Shown here: positions 1 through 8,565 of the stretch, piece after piece
Layout: each line of letters starts with the position of its first letter
How positions within the stretch are numbered: position 1 is the stretch's first letter
Assembly (NCBI GenBank): GCA_048885925.1
Contig: JBHLLG010000055.1
Span: 1 to 18,552, forward strand
Source: Candidatus Hermodarchaeota archaeon
GTDB taxonomy: Archaea > Asgardarchaeota > Lokiarchaeia > Sigyniarchaeales > SOKP01
Reading direction: 5' to 3'
DNA length: 18,552 nucleotides
Made by a program: the position numbers and the translations under genes
Notes under the pieces: model-generated
What the model was told of the DNA's origin: nothing
Databases searched by the model: none
Seen by the model: only the letters and a program-made list of their open reading frames with translations

Positions 1-449
1 GTTTGACCTTCAATAGTTACCTGTCGCTCAGCCATAGCCTCCAAAAGAGCTGCTTGAGTTTTTGGAGCACTTCTGTTTATTTCATCTGCAAGAACCACAT
101 TTGCAAATATAGGTCCTTTTTGAAGCACAAATGCACCTTCATTTTGATCAAAAATTTTTGTACCAGTGATATCTGCTGGGAGTAAATCTGGAGTAAATTG
201 AACTCGACGAAATGATATTCCTAGTGTATTAGCATATGTTTTTGCCATAACAGTTTTTCCAAGACCAGGAACTCCTTCCAAGAGAACATGTCCATTCACT
301 AAAAGAGCTACAAAAAGTTGTTGGAGAATTTCTCCATAACCCACTATTACTCTAGATACTTCACTCAATACTTCTTGTGCTATTTCTCTTATGGGTGTTA
401 CATCAATTTCTTCATGGTCATAATATTTTGCTTTATCTGGAGCTTCCAT
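1..449 (-). CDS. moxR: MoxR-family AAA+ ATPase, N-terminal ~149 aa (3' end runs off the window; not in the ORF track)
   Basis: My translation of the minus strand from ATG at 449: [149 protein letters not shown]. It has the Walker [24 protein letters not shown], the Walker B LADEINR and [11 protein letters not shown], all canonical MoxR motifs. Confidence 0.96.
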   Translation of the reverse strand, partial: MEAPDKAKYYDHEEIDVTPIREIAQEVLSEVSRVIVGYGEILQQLFVALLVNGHVLLEGVPGLGKTVMAKTYANTLGISFRRVQFTPDLLPADITGTKIFDQNEGAFVLQKGPIFANVVLADEINRSAPKTQAALLEAMAERQVTIEGQ

Positions 450-458
450 TTTTGATTT

Positions 459-463
459 ACCTC
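459..463 (-). promoter_or_regulatory. Shine-Dalgarno-like site for moxR
   Basis: Minus strand reads GAGGT-AAATCAAAA-ATG, i.e. GAGGT 9 nt before the ATG at 449. Confidence 0.6.
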
Positions 464-503
464 TTTTATTCTTTTCTTTTTTTATTTTTTTTATTTTGAA
501 TAT

Positions 504-2264
504 CTAAATATTATTGACTGCCCAACCCATCTCGAAAAATAATTCTTCGAAATCTTGTTCAGTCTTAATTTTATATTTTCCTTCTTTAATTGATAAAATT
601 CTATCCATAAATTTACTTAATCTTTTAATTTTTAGTTTTGTTGTTGAAGGATCTTTAGCAAGAACTAAATTAATAACATTTTGAGTTGAAATTTTTTTAC
701 CACTCAATTGACTATGTAATTTCCTTTCTAATCTTCTATATAACAGTTTTAAGGCATCTCCATATTTCATTTTATCTTTATATTCTTCAATTTTTTTTGA
801 AAAAAATGAGGATGTTCGAAATTTTGCCACTTCCTCTTTTTTTTCCTCCTCTTTAGCTATCCTCTCTTCTTCTTTTTTTTTATCCTTTTTAGGTAAGTAT
901 TTTCTTAATGAATAAAATGCAAGAACAGGATAAATCCATGCTGTAATTGGATTTGTTGATAAATGTACGATATATTGCATTACAAACCCATAAATACCTG
1001 CAGAACTTAGATCTCTCGAGTATTCTGGACGTATATGAGCTTCGTCAAAAACTACAATCCAATCCTCTTTATTTGCTCCTGCTCCAAAAAAAGTGAGCCA
1101 TTCGATTATATTTTTACCAAATTGACGATTGTCATATTCATTAATTAATTCATTATTGAATAAGCTTGCATCAGCAGATACAAATACACGGGAACTTCCT
1201 AAATCTTTTGCTAAAAAAACATGTGGTGTTAGAGGATGGTATAATGGAATTTTTAATATATCAGTTGGAAAACCTGAAAGAGCTTCACCGATGAAACCTA
1301 TATCAAGAACGTCGACATCAGGATCCACTTTACCATTATTATTCTTATCTACAAAACTATATCTATCACTAGCAGATCCAATAATATCCCATCCAAAAAA
1401 CTCTACAAGCGGTCCTCCAGCAGCACACGAAGCAACTGAAAGAATTACATCATTTATCCCTGAAGTTGTTGGGTGAGAAGGATCGAAATCTCGAATTACA
1501 GGAAATTGGGGTGTTGGATCATATGATTCATTATCATGTAAAATTCCATTAGGAAATAATGTAACTGGAAAGATTTGTGATACATTTTGACTCATCATAC
1601 CAAGAATATTAGCGATAAAAATTTCCCATAATAAAGTACTTGTAGAACCATGGTCATGACATAATAATAATGAATTCCCTTCTTGAAAGAAGGTTATAAA
1701 GTAAGGTATTTCAAAAATTGGATCATAAAATTGGTTTGGACCTAATAAAACTAGAAGAATTTTTTTATCCAACCGTTCTGTAGCACTTAAACTTGATTGT
1801 ACTGCCATCACTTCGTATCCCTCATCCTTAACCATTTTTTTAAACTCGGAAGCACCATTCCAACCATTATTGTAGATAGAAAAGTTTTGATTGTTCCTTC
1901 CTCCATCAATGATGGGTGATAATAATGGAACAAATGCAAAGATAAAAATTATTAACAATAGAGCTTGTTTATAGAGCGAGCCGGATTTAATCTTCTTTCG
2001 AGACTGTTCTTGACGTACTCTCTGAGAAGTAGTGTTTCTAATGAATATAATAAACCCAACTCCACAAAATATAGCCCCAAGATAACATAAAAGTGGAATA
2101 TATGTCATAAAAACAGGAAAAATTTCAGGATTAGTTTCTTTGATGTCAGCAGTAAAATCACTAATAATAATTCCAAAAATCACGAGGTATATTGTAAAAA
2201 ATGTAAAAATAATTCCTTTTGAGATATTTATACTTTTTTGAGATGCTTTTCCTACTTTAACCAT
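504..2264 (-). CDS. DUF4350/GIFT-like domain membrane protein of the MoxR cluster (586 aa)
   Basis: Three N-terminal hydrophobic segments, then NFSIYNNGWNGASEF, RVFVSADASLFNNELI...DNRQFGKNIIEWL and VVFDEAH, which I recognise from archaeal DUF4350 proteins. A C-terminal TM, a Lys/Glu-rich linker and a helical cytoplasmic tail follow. It lies directly upstream of moxR, a common context for this family. Confidence 0.8.
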   Translation of the reverse strand: MVKVGKASQKSINISKGIIFTFFTIYLVIFGIIISDFTADIKETNPEIFPVFMTYIPLLCYLGAIFCGVGFIIFIRNTTSQRVRQEQSRKKIKSGSLYKQALLLIIFIFAFVPLLSPIIDGGRNNQNFSIYNNGWNGASEFKKMVKDEGYEVMAVQSSLSATERLDKKILLVLLGPNQFYDPIFEIPYFITFFQEGNSLLLCHDHGSTSTLLWEIFIANILGMMSQNVSQIFPVTLFPNGILHDNESYDPTPQFPVIRDFDPSHPTTSGINDVILSVASCAAGGPLVEFFGWDIIGSASDRYSFVDKNNNGKVDPDVDVLDIGFIGEALSGFPTDILKIPLYHPLTPHVFLAKDLGSSRVFVSADASLFNNELINEYDNRQFGKNIIEWLTFFGAGANKEDWIVVFDEAHIRPEYSRDLSSAGIYGFVMQYIVHLSTNPITAWIYPVLAFYSLRKYLPKKDKKKEEERIAKEEEKKEEVAKFRTSSFFSKKIEEYKDKMKYGDALKLLYRRLERKLHSQLSGKKISTQNVINLVLAKDPSTTKLKIKRLSKFMDRILSIKEGKYKIKTEQDFEELFFEMGWAVNNI

Positions 2265-2332
2265 TTTAAATTTGATCTAATTTTTATTTTTATAATATCT
2301 ATATTTCATTTCTTATAATTATACGTCTTACC

Positions 2333-2710
2333 CTATAACTTGAAATCAAAGGTTTTTCCTGTAATTTCATTGTATATATTTGAAAATAAATCAATTGTGA
2401 AATTCAACTCTTTATTTGTTGGGTCTATGCCACCGTAAATAATATCTTCAATCTTTTTTATGAATGGATATACGGATTCTGGTTTAAGTTTTTTTTCTAA
2501 TTCATTTACACATTCAATTGCATATTCTCGAATAGTTTGATAAGCTAATCTTGGCTTTTTGAATTTGGTTTTGATAATATCATCATATATGAGATATATA
2601 TATGCGATTGCTTCTTTCGCTCTATTAGTTTCAACTAATATTTTTACATTAGCAAGTCTTTGTTTAACATCTATCTCTGGTTCAACAATTTTTTTTTTCT
2701 TTTTAGCCAT
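2333..2710 (-). CDS. Small soluble helical protein, DUF4129-like (125 aa); paralog of the C-terminal domain of the adjacent 536-aa protein
   Basis: Aligns by eye with the tail of 2841..4451 (QTIREYAI vs ETIRDFAI; VYPFIKKIEDIIY vs IYPFIQKVEEIIY). The T-x-R-E and E-x-x-x-Y pattern resembles DUF4129. AGGT lies upstream of the ATG. Confidence 0.7.
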   Translation of the reverse strand: MAKKKKKIVEPEIDVKQRLANVKILVETNRAKEAIAYIYLIYDDIIKTKFKKPRLAYQTIREYAIECVNELEKKLKPESVYPFIKKIEDIIYGGIDPTNKELNFTIDLFSNIYNEITGKTFDFKL

Positions 2711-2840
2711 ATTTTTACTTACCTATTTCTATACTTTTTTAAATAATTTATTTAATAATTTTTTTCAAACTTATAATATTTTGTACTACTTTTTTTATTT
2801 AATATTTATTATTTCTTGGTATTTTTTTTGTAAAATTTGA

Positions 2841-4451
2841 TTAAAAATTCAAATTAAAGTTATATCCTGTTAATTGAAAATATACTGGTGAAAATAATTC
2901 GCAGGTATCGTAGAAATCCTTTTGTTTTATTTTAAATGGTTTTGCATAGATTATTTCCTCGACCTTTTGTATAAACGGATATATTGCAGCAGGAGTTAAT
3001 CTTAATTCTTTAACCGAGATTATCGCAAAATCCCGGATTGTTTCATTTACTTTTCTAACTCGACCAAATTTAGCATTAATTAAATCCATATAAATTGCAT
3101 TGAATAAGTATGATATTGATTCTTCTAATCTTCCTGTATCTTTAAGGATTTTAAGATTAAGAAATTTCGATTCAAGGGGTATACTAATTACTCGAGATTC
3201 CTTTTCTTGTTTTTTATAATAACGATACCCATATACACCTAATACTCCAACAACAACCGCTAATATTGGAAAAAAAATTAGGGAAAAGATTAAAAAGGGG
3301 GCTAAATCTCCAACTCCAGAAGGAGAATAAGGAGCTCGTGTTATATTAATAAACGTTATGCTACGTAATTGTTTTCCTGCAGTATTTATTAAATCTATCT
3401 GAATCGAATTATTTCCGATTCCAGATGGAATTACAAAATTGTAAGTAAAAATACCCTCTTCATCTGTATCAATTATATCTATTTGATTTCCATCATAACG
3501 GAGTATGAGGGTTCTGTTGTAAATTAAAAGCGATTGATTATCTCTGGAAACAATTTGTCCTTCTATTGTGATTTCATCTCCTTCAGATGCACTCGGATCT
3601 ACATTCCAAATACAAATTATATCTGAAAATAATTTAATATTAGATATTGTAATGTTAGATTTATCAATATAAGGAGTAGCACCTGAATAACTTAAATTTA
3701 AATTTATAAATTGGGAATAATTATCTGTAGGCATTGCAAGATCAACTGAAAAGGAACCATCAGAAGGGTTTGTAAAGAAAAAACTATTTGGCCAACTATA
3801 TGAACTATTGAACCAATTATAATTTATTTGGGCATTTGGAACTCCTGCTCCATCCTGATTATCTAACTTTAAAATTCCCTCAATTAGATAATCTTCAGCG
3901 GGGACTTTCGGAAAATCATCGAACCTAGTTATATCAAAAAATGATGTAGCATTAACATATATAATTAAATGATTAATAGATATAATATCATCATCTCCAA
4001 GATCATCAATACATTCTACTTCAACTCTATGACTTAAATAAACATCCAAATCATATGGAATTGTATAATCAATTTGAAATTCCCCTAATCCATTGGAAGT
4101 AGCGGAAAATTGGGAGTTTAAACTTCCATCTACTACAATGGCAACATTAATCCCCGCTAGATTATTATAAGGGGGGGTGGGCTTGTAAATTTTTCCTATT
4201 ATTGGGATAGTTGAATTATGATAATGTCGAGTTTCATTTATCATATAATTCGTAATATTAATAACTCCAATGAGTGAAGAAGTTTTAGGAATTTTTTCAT
4301 TGTCAATAAATTCTTTATTTTCATAAATTTTTTGATTTATATTATAAGGAGATTTGAGAGAAAAAATTAAAATTTGCGATGAAATAAAAATTAAAAAAAT
4401 TCCAATTAAAATTCTTTTTTTTCTTATTCTTATTTCCAATTCTAATACCAT
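2841..4451 (-). CDS. Membrane protein: N-terminal TM/signal, about 3 Ig-like beta-sandwich repeats, C-terminal TM and a DUF4129-like cytoplasmic domain (536 aa)
   Basis: N-terminal RKKRILIGIFLIFISSQILIFSL. Repeated motifs TSNGLGEFQIDYTIP, TNPSDGSFSVDLAMP and TDEEGIFTYNFVIP. TM FLIFSLIFFPILAVVVGVLGVYGY followed by RYYKK, then a ~120-aa helical tail. Confidence 0.75.
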   Translation of the reverse strand: MVLELEIRIRKKRILIGIFLIFISSQILIFSLKSPYNINQKIYENKEFIDNEKIPKTSSLIGVINITNYMINETRHYHNSTIPIIGKIYKPTPPYNNLAGINVAIVVDGSLNSQFSATSNGLGEFQIDYTIPYDLDVYLSHRVEVECIDDLGDDDIISINHLIIYVNATSFFDITRFDDFPKVPAEDYLIEGILKLDNQDGAGVPNAQINYNWFNSSYSWPNSFFFTNPSDGSFSVDLAMPTDNYSQFINLNLSYSGATPYIDKSNITISNIKLFSDIICIWNVDPSASEGDEITIEGQIVSRDNQSLLIYNRTLILRYDGNQIDIIDTDEEGIFTYNFVIPSGIGNNSIQIDLINTAGKQLRSITFINITRAPYSPSGVGDLAPFLIFSLIFFPILAVVVGVLGVYGYRYYKKQEKESRVISIPLESKFLNLKILKDTGRLEESISYLFNAIYMDLINAKFGRVRKVNETIRDFAIISVKELRLTPAAIYPFIQKVEEIIYAKPFKIKQKDFYDTCELFSPVYFQLTGYNFNLNF

Positions 4452-4490
4452 TAAATTTTGATTTAGATTTTTAAATTATAATATTTTGTG

Positions 4491-7400
4491 TTATGGAGGG
4501 AAGATTGACGCCTGATCAGATTCAACATAGTCCATACCATTGATAATAGGATTAAAAGTCACTCTAATTTCAGTGTCACTCCTTAATAATGGCCAAGGAT
4601 CAGCAGGATCAATGTAGATAGAGACCTCAAATGCACCTCCAATGGTATAAACTGTATTATTGGATGCTATAATCGTTCCATAACGTACATCAATTATACT
4701 TACACTTATAACCACTCCTGATATTGCTGTGAGATTATCCCATCTTAAATTTCCTGTAACGTAAACTGTATCCTCATCAACCCATAAATCTGGAAAAATT
4801 CCATATTCAGTGTAATATGAAAGTCCATATATTTCAGTTCCTGCGGTAATATTTATAGGAATAAGTGAACTACTTTTGTGAATTAAATAATCTGATAAAT
4901 CAACATCAGGAAATCCCGATGGATATCGAATAGTACCATTAAAATCAATTCTAATATAATATTGTCCCTGGAAGCATGTTAGATCAATTGAACTTATTGT
5001 AAAACTAAAAGAACCGTCATTATTTATGATAATTGATTGAGATCCTACTAGATTCAGATAATTAGAAACATCATTATAAGTACTATTTAATAGATGTATT
5101 GATATTCTTAATCCTCTTAAGTTAATACCACCCTGTTGGACAGTACCAGAAACGACGAAACTTTCAATACCTCGAGTTATTTCATTTTTATTCGGATTTG
5201 CATTAATGTCTATGGTCTTATTGATTATTATATAAGTGGTATTAATAGCACTATAAGTATGGTATTGAATTCTTATTTTATGCAATCCACCATGTAATGA
5301 AGATAGAGGAATATCAAATTGATGAAATCCTGAAGGACCTGTCAAAAGAGGGAAATAATAGGTATCCAATAAACTATTTGTAAAATGATCATAAATATAT
5401 AAAGGATTTCCATCAAGATCTAAAGCATGTGAGACATTAACTTGAAAGTGTGCTGTTTCTGTAGGATTATATCTTTGAGGTTTATATGTATCATCATAGA
5501 AAGTACGCGTTGGGTTACCTTCGACGTTTAAAAGGATTGTAACTTGATCAGAATCATATATATACAATTCTTGAGGGATTTCTACGGAATTATATAAATA
5601 CCCTAAATCAAATATCGCAGGATAAGGATAATTATAAAAATCAAAAGAACCATAAAATTCAAGTTTAAGAGTATAGTTGTTTAGGGGTATACCTGCTGTT
5701 ATACCTCTATTAAAGTTGAAAAAGTTAGATCCGAATGGAGATGGGTACACAGGATTACTAGGCGTTATATAACCCGTATAATCTGTTGTACTTCTGTTCA
5801 TTCTTAAGTCTATTTGCGAATAATAAATAGGATTATTAATAGTATCTATTAATTCACATTGTATATTAAATTGTGTTTGAGTGGCAATATCGTACTCGAG
5901 TGGTGTAGTATATGATATAAGATTAATTGCTATAGATTCATTTACAACATAATAAGAATAATTTCTATTTTGCCCATACTTTGCATAAACTAACGTAGGA
6001 CCCGATTTATGGGCATTTATAATATTATAAAGTACAGAACATGCTCCAAATGAATTTGTTGTATCAGATCCGATAAAGATGTTTCCATTTGTATAATCAT
6101 AAAACTGAACAATTTCACTGGGAACGGGAGACATCGTGTCTTCATCAATGAGTACTACTGATAAGTTAATCTGTCCTCCTCGTTTAACATTTATTAAGCT
6201 ACCCATATTTGGAGGAAATGGGTAATCTGTTGGTTGTCCATCAATTGAAAATAATAAAAAGTAAGCTTTTTCTTCAGTTATATTAAACCCAATCCTATTG
6301 CTTGAATCATTAATGAAAGGATAAGGAAATGGAAATCCAGACCAAGAACCATTAAAATCAACGCGAATTTCATAATTACCTTTTGAAACAGATGGTTCAA
6401 CGTTCACATATTCATCGAAATCACCATTACTATCTGTGGAAGTATAAATAATATCAAATGGATTTAAGATTTTATTGTTTGTGCCTATTTGTAATAATGT
6501 AAATTCAACTATTGCATCCTTTACTCTTTGGTTTGCAATGGGATCATATACATAACCTTGTATACGAGTTGTATTTGTAATTGAACGATTTACTTCATTA
6601 GGGTTAACACTAAGAAGATTTACATCAATATCGCCATAAACTACGTAATATGTTGAATTTATGGTTGAGAGGTATGATGCAAGTATTATATGCGGACCAA
6701 CAATCTGAGAACTATCTATATCAACTAATAAAGATGCTGTTCCATATTGATTAGTATTTACTCTACCGAGCTCTAGTCCAGAAGTATAGTCTGTAAATAT
6801 AATTTCTCTATTTTGCACAGAAGTATTTGTAGTAGAACTTAAAGTTGCAGTTAAATTAGCTACTGGGCCTCTATAACCTGCGGTAAAGTTTGAGTTGACT
6901 GTTATATTGAAACTGCTTGGAAGAGGTATTCCACCTCCACCATAGGAATCCAGATTAACATCAAATTGAACCCACATTCCATTTCCATAAATGTCTGTTG
7001 GAACATAAATTTCAGCCCAATTATACAAATTTTTCAATTTAATTATTATAGCATTTTGACCTTCATCATAATCATAAATTTCTTCAATATCAAGTGTTTG
7101 ACTTACTAAATCAAAAGCTTCAGTTCTATATCCATCAAGGAATCGACTTGCTACCCCAAAAGCTCTTGCAAACACACAAAATGCAGAAGCAAAATCAGAC
7201 CAAACCCCTATTCCTTGTTCACAAAACCAATCTACACTATCTTGGCCTTCTGGAGCAGATTGATAATCTTCTGGGCTTGAGGGAAATGTGAATTGTGTTT
7301 GGAGATAATTTCTTATTTTATTAGCGATAACAAAGGCATTGTCGTTATTAGTATCAATAATTGTATTCAAAAAATCATAATGGGTTTTAAAATTTGACCA

Positions 7401-8321
7401 GGTATTAATATATGTAACTGGGTTGGGTGGTAATTGGGTAAATTGAGTTAATAAATCTGAATAAGCTGTTGTTGGATTAGTTACTCTTACAGCAGTATTA
7501 TTTATTTCATCATTTGAAGATAAATCTAATCCAAATAATTCATATGTCATATTAACATCATTGTCAGAGTTGAAAGTAAGATCTAAAAAAGAACTATTAA
7601 AATCATCTTTAAAAAGGTTAATTGAACCATAATCTAAATCAAAAGCATTAACGCTTCCATCCATTATAAATGGAATAGGGAAACGGGAAGGAATAACCAT
7701 TGAATTTGAACCAATATTAGGTGATAATTCCATTTTTATTTTTAATAATTCTGGATCAGGAAAATAATTTAAAAGATATTCATCTAAAGGATAAAATGAA
7801 AAAGGATGCTGACTCGCACTTGACGTCCACTCATTCCCATCGTAATTATCAAAACATTCATATTTCCATAAAATATTTGACATCTCATTGATATCTAAAT
7901 AATTATAAAATCTAAATACTTCTATCTCACCAGCACCAGCAGCTAATAGTGCTAATAGTGCTTCAGGAAAATTAGATAAATCAAAATTGTCAACATCACC
8001 ATCAGAAATCTGATCTAGAAGATCTGCTAAATCTTCAAGACTTATTTGATCAAGTAAATCTGCCAATTGTTCTGGTGATAAAAAGTCCATTATATCATTT
8101 AACCAATCTATGGGAAGGGGAGGAACTATTTTTTCAACATCCTGATAATCTGTGTTTGCTTTTTGTTTACTAGGTATCGGACGTTGAGTCCCAAAAAGGA
8201 AGCTAAAGAAAACAGTAGAAAAAGCAAATGCAGAAATTAATAATGCAGCAACTAAAATAACTATAATGACTCTCTTCTTATCAATTTTAGTGCCGAGTAA
8301 TTCTTCCCTCAATTCAGACAT
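4491..8321 (-). CDS. Transglutaminase-like (TgpA-type) domain surface protein with multiple Ig/macroglobulin-like repeats; probably catalytically inactive (1276 aa)
   Basis: N-terminal TM. TGase-core motifs IANKIRNYL, DSVDWFCEQGIGVWSDFASAFCVFARAFGVASRFLDGY, YNWAEIYVP and GMWVQFD. About 800 aa of beta-rich repeats follow (e.g. TDSNGDF...GNYEIRVDFNGS and NNDGSF...GQYYIRIDFNGT), with many N-x-S/T sequons. Confidence 0.85.
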   Translation of the reverse strand: MSELREELLGTKIDKKRVIIVILVAALLISAFAFSTVFFSFLFGTQRPIPSKQKANTDYQDVEKIVPPLPIDWLNDIMDFLSPEQLADLLDQISLEDLADLLDQISDGDVDNFDLSNFPEALLALLAAGAGEIEVFRFYNYLDINEMSNILWKYECFDNYDGNEWTSSASQHPFSFYPLDEYLLNYFPDPELLKIKMELSPNIGSNSMVIPSRFPIPFIMDGSVNAFDLDYGSINLFKDDFNSSFLDLTFNSDNDVNMTYELFGLDLSSNDEINNTAVRVTNPTTAYSDLLTQFTQLPPNPVTYINTWSNFKTHYDFLNTIIDTNNDNAFVIANKIRNYLQTQFTFPSSPEDYQSAPEGQDSVDWFCEQGIGVWSDFASAFCVFARAFGVASRFLDGYRTEAFDLVSQTLDIEEIYDYDEGQNAIIIKLKNLYNWAEIYVPTDIYGNGMWVQFDVNLDSYGGGGIPLPSSFNITVNSNFTAGYRGPVANLTATLSSTTNTSVQNREIIFTDYTSGLELGRVNTNQYGTASLLVDIDSSQIVGPHIILASYLSTINSTYYVVYGDIDVNLLSVNPNEVNRSITNTTRIQGYVYDPIANQRVKDAIVEFTLLQIGTNNKILNPFDIIYTSTDSNGDFDEYVNVEPSVSKGNYEIRVDFNGSWSGFPFPYPFINDSSNRIGFNITEEKAYFLLFSIDGQPTDYPFPPNMGSLINVKRGGQINLSVVLIDEDTMSPVPSEIVQFYDYTNGNIFIGSDTTNSFGACSVLYNIINAHKSGPTLVYAKYGQNRNYSYYVVNESIAINLISYTTPLEYDIATQTQFNIQCELIDTINNPIYYSQIDLRMNRSTTDYTGYITPSNPVYPSPFGSNFFNFNRGITAGIPLNNYTLKLEFYGSFDFYNYPYPAIFDLGYLYNSVEIPQELYIYDSDQVTILLNVEGNPTRTFYDDTYKPQRYNPTETAHFQVNVSHALDLDGNPLYIYDHFTNSLLDTYYFPLLTGPSGFHQFDIPLSSLHGGLHKIRIQYHTYSAINTTYIIINKTIDINANPNKNEITRGIESFVVSGTVQQGGINLRGLRISIHLLNSTYNDVSNYLNLVGSQSIIINNDGSFSFTISSIDLTCFQGQYYIRIDFNGTIRYPSGFPDVDLSDYLIHKSSSLIPINITAGTEIYGLSYYTEYGIFPDLWVDEDTVYVTGNLRWDNLTAISGVVISVSIIDVRYGTIIASNNTVYTIGGAFEVSIYIDPADPWPLLRSDTEIRVTFNPIINGMDYVESDQASIFPP
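8004..8066 (-). repeat. 12-aa-period tandem duplication (LADLLDQIS x2) inside the transglutaminase-like gene
   Basis: Protein reads EQLADLLDQISLEDLADLLDQISDGD (residues ~84-109). The two DNA copies differ at synonymous sites. Confidence 0.75.
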
Positions 8322-8565
8322 ATTAAACTAAAATATTCCTTTTAATTTATTAAAAAAATTTAGAATATTAATCAAAATTATTATATATATAATTTTCCAC
8401 ATAATTTTTTAATTTATTAGTTCTTTTAAAAAATCAAAAAGAAAATAGTTAATGATTTTCAAAATATTTGAAAAAGTGAATTTATAAATCGTAAAAGAGT
8501 AAAAGAAAATTTGTTGAGACCTATAAATTTGTATCAAAACAACGGTAGGGTTTTTTTTCCAGTGT

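Noticed and set aside
3-185. 60-aa plus-strand ORF
   Set aside because: Antisense shadow of the MoxR gene, with no recognisable motifs.
832-890. Long poly-T tracts as phase-variation or frameshift sites
   Set aside because: They encode a Lys/Glu-rich linker in an intact frame, and similar tracts are common throughout this AT-rich window.
1129-1476. 115-aa plus-strand ORF
   Set aside because: Lies fully antisense within the DUF4350-like gene; no motifs or RBS support.
2559-2840. 93-aa hydrophobic plus-strand ORF
   Set aside because: Overlaps the 125-aa gene antisense; its Phe/Tyr richness comes from T-rich intergenic DNA.
7094-7291. 65-aa plus-strand ORF
   Set aside because: Antisense to the conserved transglutaminase core.
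7942-7962. 9-bp tandem repeat GCTAATAGT (ALLALLA)
   Set aside because: Only about 2.3 copies, in frame, and too short to be meaningful.
8322-8565. Longest AT-rich intergenic region as a possible replication origin, ncRNA or CRISPR leader
   Set aside because: I saw no repeated ORB-like boxes, no cdc6/orc1 gene, no GC-rich stems and no repeat-spacer array. It fits an ordinary promoter/terminator region.
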